A DNA stretch of 64,000 nucleotides from Monocercomonoides exilis PA203 (lineage: Eukaryota > Protista > Preaxostyla). The position numbers and the translations under genes are program-made. Where the stretch lies: contig LSRY02000022.1 in assembly GCA_001643675.2 (NCBI GenBank), positions 1,054,001 to 1,118,000 of the forward strand, in the 5' to 3' direction. Below are positions 39,460-52,061 of the stretch, one piece after another; position 1 is the stretch's first letter; every line of letters starts with the position of its first letter. The notes below the pieces were generated by a model. It did no database searches. It was given only the letters and a program-made list of their open reading frames with translations, and was not told the origin of the DNA.

Positions 39460-39916
39460 AATTGATTTCGACGACTTAATCCTTCACATTTATTTGCATG
39501 GCTACTCCGCAATTAATTGTTAGAGATCAACGTCAAGTTGTTTCTATGGGGTACGGAGTGGACAACAGCAATCCAGCGCCAATATCTCTGGGCTATTCTG
39601 TCATTAAATTTCTGATGAGCATTTTACAGAAAACGATGGAGGCTGTCAGTTTGCGGAGAGTTCAGCTTTCGGGTGTGTGCAGCTGCACATGTGGGCTATT
39701 CCGGGAATCCTCCTTCATCAGTCAAAATCTTACTATTCAAAGTGTTGATGGATTCCATATAATACAGGGAATGCAAAATGAAGTGCCGGTGTGAGCAAGG
39801 TGATGTTGGAAGGAGCTGATGTTGGGGTCATCCAGCATGACCCTGGGCGGGACACCACTGTCTCTGCAACAGGTCAGCTCCTCCAACCGTCTGGATGGGC
39901 AAATGAACATATTGGG
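39460..39916 (+). pseudogene. Inverted, internally deleted copy of the cyclin gene (head-to-head)
   Basis: 39460-39570 is the exact reverse complement of 39202-39312 (111 bp, including the ATG). 39873-39916 is the exact reverse complement of 38119-38162 (44 bp, including the stop). Only patchy matches lie between. Confidence 0.8.
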
Positions 39917-40968
39917 GAAATAAAAAAGAAAAATTACAATAATGTTGAGGAGGATAATATTTACCCATTCAACTGATATTTCGAAAGATTATGATCTGTA
40001 AATGATTTTATATGAGGTCATTTTTAACTTGAGCCCTTTTTATAAAAAGGTGATACGAAATGTGATCCAATACCTGAATTTTATTTTGGGGATTGGGTTG
40101 CAGATGTATTTGCAGAATCAAAGAAGCCATTCTTCTGAATTTCAGAAAAGATTGCATCTGCTATCGTCATGTGCTAATATAATGATCTGTAATTATTGAC
40201 TGTTACAATTTAAGAGATCTTACATTCTTTTGGAGAATGGACATTGATTGAATCATATTTATGCTTTAATCAATGATAATAAATTCCAAGTATTTTTTTA
40301 TCTTCATTGATAATATCACATAGTTATGCTAAATGTTTTGTCTGCATTATATTAAAGAGGTCATGATAAATTAATAGTTCAGCAACATAAAATTATTTTT
40401 TTTTTTTTTTTCTTTTTTAATTTTTGTTCTCAACCTTTTTTTTTTTTTGGGAGGAAATTAAAGGCAAATTATTTTGATAAATGTTTTCTGATAATTCTTG
40501 TATTTTTTTTATTATTAGTCTGTTCTTTGAATAGCTTTGTTTATGAATCTTTTTCTTATTCTGCTGGTCTTCTCATCTGACATTCTTTATTGAAATGCTC
40601 CCAAGATCATGTTGATAAATTCTTCCTTATACCAAACAGCAATGTCAAGTTCTTGAGCATCATTGGAATCCTTTTTTTATTTTCCTTTCTTATTCAAATT
40701 TCTCGTTTATTGTTGTTATTATTATTATTTTATGTTATTTTTTCAATGTTTTTTATACATCTGGTTAAAATATAATGAAATTTCATTTTTCTTTCTATTG
40801 TTCACTCTATTTATTCTACAAACGCCAATAAAATAATTCATTTCCTTTGTTTCTCAAATTTTCTTTCTTCATTTTTCATTCCTTTTTTCATTCTATTTTT
40901 CATTCTTTTTTAATCCTGTTTTAAAAGAAAATTATGTGTTATTATAATTCGTTGTGTAGTTATGTACA

Positions 40969-41100
<132 letters not shown>

Positions 41101-42386
41101 GGAGTTTAGTGCAAAATTATTCTGTTTCACGAAAATAGCATTTTTTTTTTTTATCTATAAAGAACAGAGAATATTCTATAACTTTATGGAACGATTGTCA
41201 TTGTATTGTAACAGATTTTTGCTATTGCTGTTGTTATTCATTGTTATTGTGTTGATTTCAGATGAACAAGTACATTATTATTTTTTTAAACTTTGTTATG
41301 AAAGGGAAACCGTATAGATAAAAGAGAAAAACATAAAGATGATCAATTTTTTGCTATTTGTTATTCAAAAAACAAAGGCGCAATTATTTTTTTAGCAAAT
41401 TTGGCATTTTAATTGTTTTTTGCTGATTTTTCTGTAAATTTCAAGTGTCAAGTGTTTCACTGTTTAATTGGAGTATGCGAATCTTTGATGTAAATTTAAC
41501 ATATAGATTTTCTTTATAATTTTCTAACTTACTAACTTTCTTTGTTTTTTTCTTTCTCTCTTTCTTTCTTCCTTCCTTTTTTGCTCTTTCTCTTTCTCTA
41601 AAAATACAATTGTTTATTACCTATGTAAAGTTCACAGTTTAGTAAATACGCCACTTTCAAACAAGAATTTTTTGAACTATTTTTTAATTTCTATTTTTTT
41701 AGATTTTTATTTAGATTATTTTTATTCATTTTGTACAAAGTTTTAATTTTCTTTTTTTATGTTTAAAAAAAAAATTAGGATGGAGTTTCACAACGTGTTT
41801 TTTTCAAATCTTTTTCTTTTCTATTCCTTTTTTTTTTTTTTAATGTAACTTTTTTTCGAAAGACGAAATGGTGAATTTTATTTTTATTATCATTATTATT
41901 TTAGACTTATTTCTCAAATCTTAGTATTTTTTAATTTTAAGTTTATTTTTTTTGAGTTTAAAGTACATTATGATTAGTTGTCTATGGGGTATTCGTTGTG
42001 GATAAGAGGAATGAATAATGATCAAGTCCATTGTACAAATAGATAGAAGTCGCTTTGTTTCTCTTCAATGGCCAGATTTTTGATTACCATTTCAAAGGAT
42101 GTTTCTTTCTTCAATTTGTATTTTCTAATTTGTCTAGTATTAATTATCTCTTTGTTTTCTGGCGAATGTTTTAAACAAGGCAAACAATTATGAACTGAAA
42201 AAATAGGAGTATTATTTTTTTTGAATGAAAAAAGTTAATTTGAAGCAAAATTCTCATCAAAGGCTCTTGAATGATCCATGATGTATATCCAAAAAAATGT
42301 TTATTTTAAATTTTGACTGTTGGTTGAAAATTCAAAAGCAAAAATTTTGTTGTTCAACACAAATTTAATGGTTATCAAGATCTAAG

Positions 42387-44192
42387 ATGCTTCGAAATAT
42401 CGCTCTTGAAGAAGGATTTGGAAAGGCTGTTGTTTGAAAATAATGCATTTTCTTTATTGCTCATATTTTTTTATATTTTATTTCGAAATCAGATTACAAA
42501 GTCATCAAAGCAACCGAGGGTTGCGATTGAAATGTCTAATGTTGATAATTCAACAGATATTTTACTTTATTACAACAAAATAATGGAAATCTCTGATAGA
42601 ATAAATCAATCTCGTGAAGATACTGCTAATCTTAAGTTGCAGCAGGTATTATGCAGCTTTTATCATAGTTTATTATGATAATATTCTCCATTATTTTTTA
42701 AAAAAGACAAAACTCATAAATGAAGTTAAAACAAACACCATTTGTGGTATGATATTATTTTTGAGATATCTTTCGTTTTTAAAATTTGCATATTTTGTAG
42801 ATATCGAGAAAACTGTTGATGAACAAACACTGAAATTGAAGAATTTTTATAATCAGTGTAAAGGTGAGCTGGGTACACTTAAAAAAGAACTTGAAGTTTG
42901 TTTTTCAGAAATATTGTTTTTACTGGTATTTATGAAAAAACATAAAATTTTTAGGAAGACAACAAAGGAAAGCAAACCCCTGAACTTCGAATCAGAAATA
43001 ATTTGTATCAGATGGTAAACCGAGAATTTATGGATGCGCTCGATGAATTCAATGAAAATCAGCACACTCACAAAATGACAGTTAAAACGAGAGTTGTCAG
43101 AAGGCTTACAACAAGTTTGTAATTAATAATAGATTTAATTTTAATAATAATATATTTTTTCACAATAATTTTCTAATTGTTTATTCGAATATTCAAATAG
43201 CAATGATGATGGAAGAGACAGAGGCAAATGATCTTGCTGAGAATTACGCTCCTCAGCTTTCTGATATTGCCATATCTTCCACTGCTCGTGATGTTGTCTC
43301 AAGATTGACTGTATGCATTTCTGTGGTGTCTTTTCTGTTTGTTTTAACAAAATGCTTCTTTGTATAACGATGAATGTAAATTTGTGCTGATCTCCATATT
43401 GTGAATAATACTAATATTATTTATTATTATTTTTAATTATTATTAATTATTTATTTTAATATTTTTTCCCCCATTCATATTTTACAAAAATATCTTTAAT
43501 AATCAAATTTCGTGACTAACAATACTCAAAAAATAAAAATTAGGATCGTCGTGATCAAGCGCTTGCACTTGAGAGAGCTTTCAGCCAGCTGTATGAAATG
43601 TTCAATGAATTTGCTGTTTTGGTGTCTGCACAGCAAGAGCTGCTTGACACAATTGAGTCTCAGGTGAATTCAGCGTATGTTGATTGTTCATTTTATATTT
43701 GAATGTTTTTTTTTTAATTTTTTTAATTGTTCAATTTTTTATTTTCAATATTTTCGTTTTCTTTTTTTTTTGAACTTTTTTTTTTGAAATTATTCATTTT
43801 GTATTATGTTTTGATTTGAAATTTTCTTTCTTTCTTTTTCTTTCTTTCTTTCTTTCTTATTCGTTATGTCATGCTCAAAAACTTTAATCAGTCAAAAATA
43901 TGTTGCTGAAGGAGTTGAACAGTTGCAGAAAGCAGAAAAACTCCAAAAGAAATCAAGAAAGGTTTGTTTTTGTCTTTTTGTTCAGGTTTTTTTAAATATT
44001 CATTTTTGTCTTTGGAATGTGTATGAAATTCTGTGGATGATGATGTATTTTGTAAAATGATCACAAATAAAATTATTTTCTTTTTGTATTAAACAACAAC
44101 TATAGTGCACATGTTGGTTGGTTATAATTGCAGCTGTTATTTTGGTCATTGTTTTATTTGTATGTATTGGAGTTCCTCTCATGACAGCCTAG
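42387..44192 (+). CDS. Syntaxin (Qa-SNARE, plasma-membrane type), about 9 exons
   Basis: The spliced product has Habc helices (..PELRIRNNLYQMVNREFMDALDEFN..), a SNARE motif LERAFSQLYEMFNEFAVLVSAQQELLDTIESQV (exon 43544-43674), KYVAEGVEQLQKAEKLQKKSRK and a C-terminal TM exon 44106-44192. The start and first donor are uncertain. Confidence 0.88.
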
Positions 44193-44595
44193 TTTTTTAT
44201 GAAAAAAAATATTAAATATTTTAATTTTGATGAAAGTTTTATTCTTTTAATTCCTTGAGTCATATCACTTTTATGTTTTGCTTGGAGGAGAATTTTATGT
44301 GTTTTTTGAAAGTTTTATCTGAACGTTTCTATTAGCATGGTCAAAATTTTATGTTTTAGAAAAATATTTTGTCTTATTTATTTCATTTTTAATAATCCCT
44401 TGCCTGTTTTATGAGGTGCATCATTTAAAACATTATATATTTTGTGAGCAATTAAAATGAAATGATATATTCACTCAACCAATATTTTCAACTCTGTTTT
44501 TTGGGAAAAAAAGACTTCATTTGAATAAATTGTGGGTATAGAGATAATTTTTATTTTCCCGATAATTCCTCCTCCTTGAGACTAAATACAGTCTC

Positions 44596-45627
44596 ATGTT
44601 GACCTGGGATGAGAAAACTATAGAGGAATATGGAAGTGTGTTTTATGAATTTATCAAATGACATGTTCTCGCATTCTGATTATTTAGATCAAATCCATTT
44701 TCAGAACAAAGAAGGTAATAACTGGCCATTAGACGACCTCTCAAATCAATTTTTAAGGTTCGGAAAGATTCGAGAATGTGGATATCAAATGCAATCGTGC
44801 TCAAAATCACAAACAAAATTCAAGAATACTGGATTCGTCACATATGAGAGCTTGGAAGATGCTCAAAAGCTTTTGCGTGAAAAAACCTTTTTACCTTTTC
44901 CAAAGGATGAAGGAAATGTGAGTAAATTTCTTTGGATAAATGAAGCAACTCCTTTACTTGATCTGAAGAGCAATATTGGATTCATTGAAAATATTGAAGC
45001 ATCGAGACGTATATTTTCTGAATATCAATTCACATTTTGGGAGTATCACGGAGGCACAGGAGATTTGTTTTTTAGTGTTTCATCGAAGTGTTTATTCGAA
45101 GATTTTCGCGCCAGAGATGGAAAAACACAAAAAGAATTTTTATCAAAAATATCAAGAGTAACAAAAAAATCTGAAGCGACAGGAAAAACAATAACTGTTG
45201 ATAAGCACGATAAAGGAGCAACGAATCCAACACTCTATTTTTTGCATGCGCCTTCTGTGAAAGAAGCGTTTCAGGATGCGTCCTATGTGAATTCCACGCT
45301 CACGCGCCATCTGAAACAGAAGATACAGAGTGAGATGGCAGCGCTGCAGTATGAGTGGCTGGCGAAGATATGGCCTCATTATCAGATGGACCATCGAGTG
45401 ATCATGTGTGATGCTCTGCCAAGGCCTAAAGTGCGGCTGGCGCTGTCGGCGATGAAGAGGCAGAAGGACGAGTATTATGCGAGTGTGGAATTTGTGATGA
45501 GCCCAATTGGAAGAGAGGTGTGTTTGATTTTTTATGTTGTTATTATTATTATTATTGTTGTTGTTGTTGTTGACTTTTATTGAAAATGATTTGTTTGATA
45601 AATGTGATGACGTTTTAATGTCTTTTC

Positions 45628-45661
<34 letters not shown>

Positions 45662-48600
45662 CGAATATGTTACAAAAATGATTTGTTAATGTTGACATCT
45701 TTTTATGACCTAATTCTTTATTTCTCATAAATTCAAAATGAAATTATGAAATTATTTCTTTTCTTTCTTTCTTCTTCTTCTTCTTCTTCTTCTCTCCTTC
45801 TCTCCTTCTCTTCAGATAGCTGAATATGCTGCGTGGAAGCTGAAAGACACAACAACATTTGAAGGAATAGAAACAACTGTCAAATGCACAACCAGACAAC
45901 GCACTCAAATTCCTCCTTCGCAAATGCCTCAACATTCTCTTTCTTCTCTTTCTCCTCTTTCTCCTCTTTCTTCTTTATCTTCTATGTCTTCTTCTTTATC
46001 TTCTTCTCTTTCTTCTTCTCTTTCTTCTTCTCTTTCTTCTTCTCTTTCTTCTTCTATACCTCCATTTCCTTCAACTCTTCCTTCTTCTTCTTCGTCGTCT
46101 TCTTCTTCTTCTTCTTCTTCATTGAACAAAACTCATTCATTAAACGTTCCTTTTCTTCTTCCTGTTTCTCCTTCTCCTTCTTCTTCTTCTTCTTCTTCTT
46201 CTCTTTCTTCTTCTCTTCGCTTCCCTCTCCAATCTTCAATTCATTCTTCTCTTCCTCCTCCTTCTCTTCCTTTTTCTCATCCTTCTATGATTAATCCATT
46301 ATTTCCTCCTCAAGTATCTTCTTCTCTTCCTTCTTCTTCTTCTCTTCCTCCTCCATTTCTTTCTCCTATTCATCTCTCTCTTCCTCCTCAAATACCACAA
46401 GCAATATCTTCTTATTTGCCCCAATCTATTCCTCCTTCTCTTTCTCCTTCTTCTCTTTCTCCTTCTTCTCTTTCTCCTCCTTCTCTTTCTCCTTCTTCTC
46501 TTTCTCTTTCATCTCCTTCTCGTCCTCCTCCATCATCAACACAACCCATCCTTCATCACTTCCTCGCCCCTCCTTCTTCTCCTTCCTCTTCTCTTTCTCC
46601 TCCTTCTCATATTCCTCCTTCTTCAACACAGAATGTGATGAATGCAACTCCTGAACTTCCATTTCGCACTCTTCTTTCTCTTCAACCTCCTCCTCCACTG
46701 TTGAATAAAACTATATCTTTTACCTCTCCTTCTTCTTCCTCTTCCTCTTCCTCTTCCTTTTCTCCTTCTCCTTCCTCTTCTTCTTCTTCTTCTTCAAAAA
46801 CTTCTTCAATTATTCATTCATCATCATCTTCTTCTTCTTCTCTTCCTTCTTCTTTGTCATCTCCATCATTATTGCCTTCTTCTCCTTCTTCTCAATCATC
46901 ATCAACTTCTTCTTCTTCTTCTACTACTTTTATTTCTCCGATTTCTTCTTCTATTTCTCCGATAACCTCCTCCTCATCATCATCTAATTCTTCTTCTTCT
47001 TCCTCCTCTTCCTCTTCTTCCTCTTCCTCTTCTCATCCACAACTCCTTCCTCATCCATTCATAACCCATTTTACCTCTTCTTATTCAAATGATCAACATC
47101 TTTGCCAATCTTCTCGTATTGTGCCTCATTCACCGCATTCTCCTCATTCTCTTCGTTCTTCTTCTTCTTCTCATTCTCCTCATTCTAATCACAAAATTCA
47201 TTCTAATCATTCAGATCATCCAATAAATTCAATTAATTCAATTAATTCATCTCGTTCTCCTCATTCAAATCATTCACAACGTTCTCCTCATTCAAGCCAT
47301 TCGCCACATTCTTCTCATTCCTCTCATTCTTCTCATTCAATTGATTCAAAACATTCAAATAACTCCTCTAATGTTATTCATTCAAGCAATTCTAATCAAT
47401 CTATTCAATCTATTCAGTCATCGCAATTGACTCAATTGACTCAATTGACTCATTCACCACATTCCAATCATTCCAATCAATCAACACACTTGATTCAGCA
47501 AAATCAGTTGTTTAATTCTAACTCATTTAATCAATCAAATCAATCAAATCAATCAAATCAGTTGTTTAAACATAACCAGCCATCACATTCTAATCCGTTA
47601 AGCAATTCTTCTCAATTTAGTAATTCTTCTCATTCTTCTCGTTCTTCTCATCTGTTGCAATCTTCTAATGATTCTTCTCCTTCTTCTTCTTCTTCTTCTT
47701 CTTCTTCTTCTTCTCCTTCTTCTTCTTCTTCCTCTTCCTCTTCCTCCTCTCCTTCTTCTCTTTCTCTTCATCCTCCTTCTTTATTGTTTGCTCCTCCATC
47801 TAAATGTCTGAAGCAAAAACACGATAATTCTGTGACTTCATCATCATCTTCTTCTTCCTCTTCTTCTTCTCCTTCCTCTTCTTCTTCTTCTTCTTCAATT
47901 ATTCCTTCGTCATCATCTTCTTCCTCTTCTTCTTCTTCTCTTTCTTATTCTTCTCTTTCTTCTCTCTCCTCTGACTGTCTTTCTCCTCATGAGGTTATCA
48001 CAAATTCTTTCGTTCCTTCTTCTTCTACTGCTACAATTTCTTCTTTGTCTTCTTCTTCTTCCTCTTCTTCCTCCTCCTCTTCTTCTTCTTCTTCTTCTCT
48101 TTCTTCTTCTCTTTCTTCTTCACTTTCTTCTTCGTTTTCTTCCTCCTCCTCCTCTTCTTCTTCTTCTTCTTCTCTTTCCTCAATTTCTTCTCATTCATCT
48201 CATTCACCTCATTCACCTCACACACCGATATCTTCTTCTTCTTCTTCTTCTTCCATTCATTCTTCTCTTCCTCTTTCTTCTTCCTCTCCTCCTCCTTCCA
48301 CATCCAATTCTAATTCTAATTCTTCTTCTTCTTCTTCTCTTCCTCTTTCTCATCCTCTTTCTCCTCCTCTTTCTCTCCCTCTCTCCCTCCCTCTTTCTCT
48401 TCCTTCTTCTCTTCCTCTTTCGAATTCTCCTTCTCTCCGTTCTTCTCTTCGTTCTTCTCCTCCTCTTTCTTCTCCTTCTCTTTCTTCTCATTCCATCGAT
48501 CTCTCTTTCTCTGTGCCCGCCAGCCCTCCTCCTGACTCCCTTCTCCTTCCAACTGATATTCTTTGCTCTTCTTCTTCCTCTTCCTCTTCCTCTTCTTTTA

Positions 48601-48776
48601 ATTCTTCTTCCTCTTCTTCCTCTTCAATTTCCTCTTCCTCTTCTAATCCTAATCCTAATTCTTGTTTGAATCTGAATTTAGATCTAAATTTGAATTTGAA
48701 TTTGAATTTGAATGACATTTCTTCTCTTCCTCTTTTTTCTTCTCCAATGACTTCTTCTTCTTCCTCCTCTTCCTCC

Positions 48777-48811
<35 letters not shown>

Positions 48812-49018
48812 CTCTTTCTCCTCCTCCTCTTCTTCTTCTTCTTCTTCCACCATCTTCTCCTCTGCCTCCACCTCTCCTCTTCATCCTTCTCTTTATTCTC
48901 CTCTTTCTCTCAGCCCTCTTTTGGATGTTTCATATTCCATGCCTCTCACACTTGATTCTACCCCTCCTCCTCCTCCTTCTTCTTCTTTTTCTTCCTCTTC
49001 TTCTTCTTCTTCTTCCTT

Positions 49019-49051
<33 letters not shown>

Positions 49052-49385
49052 TTCCTCTTCCTCTTCCTCTTCCTCTTCCTCTTTTTCTCCTTCTCCTTCT
49101 CCCTTTTCTGAGTTTTCTGAGTTTTCAGAGTTGTCTTTGAATGACTGCTGCTTTTGGGAAGCGGAGAATGAAGAAGAAATTAATATTGCTGTTAATTCTT
49201 CTTCTTCCTCTTCCTCCTCCTCCTCCTCCTCTTCCTCCTCTTCCAATATTTCTGATTCTATTGTTGATTATGATAAAGTCAATATAAATACAAATAATAA
49301 TAATAATAATAATACTTCTAATGCAAATCATCCATGTTCTTCTAATTCTTCTGATCCTGAAAATGCTAAGTTCCATAGTATGATC

Positions 49386-49418
<33 letters not shown>

Positions 49419-50306
49419 CATACAAGCATTGCATCAACACTTAACACACTTTCTAATCATTCTTCTCCTTCTCCTTCTTCTTCTTCTTCTTCTTCTACTT
49501 TTCCTTCTCTTTCCTTTCACAAAGATATTCATATTTCTCAATTGAATGAAATAAGTCAACATGAGGAGGAAAAGGAAAAAGAGGCGGAGGAAGAGAAAAA
49601 TGAGAAGAAAGTAGAAGAAAAAGAGAAGGAAAATGAAAATGAAAAAGAGAAGAAAGAAGAAGAGATAGAAAAAGTTGAAAAAAAAACCGAAATTCAATCA
49701 GAAGTGAATGTTTCAAACAAAACATCGGGAGAAGAAGAAGAAGAAGAAGATAAAGACAAAGAATTAATAAACGTCAAAGATGAAAAAGAAGAAGAAGAAG
49801 AAGAAGAAGAAGAAGAAAGGAAAGAAAATAAAGAAAACAGAGAAGAAAATAAAGAGAATAAAGAAGAAAATAAAGAAAATAAAGAAGAAGAAGAAGAAGA
49901 TCCGTTTTGGGAGCTATTTCCTCGGAATGTGTGTGTTCACAGGGCAGGCAAGCGCAGACAGCAAGGAAGACGTTCTATTTCTCCGAACCGATTGGGATTT
50001 CGGAGAAATTCGGAGAGAGAAGGGAGAGAAGGAAAAGAAGGGAGAGAAAGAGAAGAGGAAGAGGGAAAAGAAAGAGAAAGAGAAAGAGAAAGAGAAAGAG
50101 AAAGAGGAGGAAAGGAAGAGAAAGGAAGAGAAGAAGAGGAAGAAAATGGAGAAGGAGTAAGAGAGGGAGAAGGAGAAGGAAGGGAAATAGAATTTGAAGG
50201 AGAAGGAAATTTCAGCAAGGGATGTGAGGGGTTGTTGAATGAGGTGGAGAAAATGATGGAAAGAGGAACATTTACGGAAGAGAAGAAGGTTGATTGCTTG
50301 TGTTGA
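44596..50306 (+). CDS. RRM-domain protein with very long Ser/Pro/His-rich and Glu/Lys-rich tail, 3 exons
   Basis: Exons 44596-44635, 44688-45517 and 45816-50306 join in phase. RNP1-like TGFVTYESLEDAQK follows LSNQFLRFGKIREC, and a second RRM-like segment reads YYASVEF..IAEYAAWKL..FEG..VKC. Confidence 0.7.
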
Positions 50307-51688
50307 AGAAGGATATTTGAATAAAAAAGAGAGAAAGAATGAAAGTGAAGAAGAAAGAAAGAGAAAGAGAAAGAGAAAGAGAAAGAGAAAGAGAAAGAGA
50401 AAGAGAAAGAGAAAGAGAAACAAAGGAAAAGATAATCTGAGTGAGCAGCTGTTCTTTGCTGTTTTTGGCGGATATGCAGAAATAATGAAATTGCAGTAGA
50501 ATGTTAAACAAATATTATTATATATTATGGCATTATATTTGTTTGTTGGTTTGTTTTCTTTAATTTATCAAAATGTGAATCATCGTAAGAGTCATATAGA
50601 TTTGTGCACTTGACAACACCAGGAAAAATGAATTATTTTATTTTATTTTTTATTTATTTTTTTCAACTCAGTATTAGACGAATAAATTCTTGTGCATGTT
50701 TTTCAATTTTTACTGAATGAATGATAGTCTTATTTGCATTGTTTCAATGATAGACTTGCTTGTTTATTCAGAATAGTTTTTTATATATTCGCGTTTTATT
50801 TTAAATAATACATCCTATTTTCCAAATCTTTTTTGATTAGTATTCAAGATTGATTTTTCTTTAATAATATTATACAATTAATTTCTCTGTATTTTTTCCT
50901 AATTTGCAACACTTTTTATTATTTTGAAATTGAATGCAATTTTATGAAGTTGTTTGTTCCTTCTTTTTTTCATTTTGTTTTTGTTTCTCTCATTTTCAAA
51001 TATTGCATGTTTATCACATTGATTCAAATAACAATTATTGCACAAATAGAGTGAGAATAGCTTGAATTTTCGGAATGTTTGGTGCGAGCAAGTTAAATTT
51101 TATTTGATTTTTCAGACATCTTTAAACATTCTGATGTGAAACAATGCAGGATTTGAAAATGTGCTGATTTAGACAATTCTGTGAAATTAATACACATTTC
51201 TTCTTAATGTGACGCCTTGCTTTTCTAATGAGAAAAAAAGACAAGTTTTGCACTCATAATAAAGTCCACAAAGATGGTTGTTCCTTTTTGTGGATAATTC
51301 AAGTTTGAAAATGAAACCACCAGAGCACATGTTGGAAGTTTGGTGTTGTTATTGTGCTTTGCATCTGGCAATTTGATTTGCACAATGGATGTGATTTCAA
51401 CTTCCATTTTCCTCGTTTCAACAAATTTGTTTGTTGCAGCAAAACTGATGGATGCAGTTCGAGCCAATGCCAGACGAACTGGAAAGCATGTCAGATGTTT
51501 CAGTAAGACATTTCATCATTTTGTTGTTGTTTTGTTTTTTCAGAAAAGTTTGATGAGATTAAGCGATCTGAAGAAAATGTCCAAATTCAAAGCATTGAAG
51601 AGTTTTTTGCTCTTCTTGAGCATGGCGATGATAAAACGGTGAAATCCGCAATATCTTATATGGTTTTTATTAGGAAAGAAAATCGAAT

Positions 51689-51726
51689 ATCAATTCCTTC
51701 TCTTATAATTGAGAACCACGATCTAT
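51689..51726. repeat. DIRS inverted terminal repeat (element 3' end)
   Basis: ATCAATTCCTTCTCTTATAATTGAGAACCACGATCTAT, the perfect 38-bp reverse complement of 56259-56296. Confidence 0.95.
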
Positions 51727-51953
51727 GGGTAGTCGCCCGTGAGGATCAAGGTTGTGAAATGGTGGAAAATTCTGAAATGCAATCGACAATTTCACAACAA
51801 CTTAACCATAAACCAACAATTGGATAAAAAACGAGCTAACCAACTGAACAAGCGTTATCACATACTTTATTAACGCTTAGAAAAGGAATAAACAAGAACA
51901 CCATAACTCGAAACACTTGTTTACATTGGTGGGAGTGAAACGGTGGTGGGCCA

Positions 51954-52056
51954 AAGAGAAGGAATTGATATTCGATTTTCTTTCCTAATAAAAGTGCATA
52001 AGCACCTTTATTGTCAAGAAAATCTTCAATCAATTCCTTCTCTTATAATTGAGAAC
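51954..52056. repeat. DIRS internal complementary region (ICR)
   Basis: 103 bp that are the exact reverse complement of 56269-56338 joined to 51672-51704. It lies just past the YR stop codon. Confidence 0.96.
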
Positions 52057-52061
52057 ACAAG

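Noticed and set aside
51665-51671. TTTTATT as a classical target-site duplication
   Set aside because: The same 7-mer is encoded in the ICR, so one copy belongs to the element. The element also has no DDE integrase.
51839-51930. Hammerhead ribozyme in the DIRS 3' region (CTGAACA, stem, AGAAA; also CTCGAAAC)
   Set aside because: The core needs CUGANGA with a C3-G8 pair and GAAA directly after stem II. Neither strand satisfies this.
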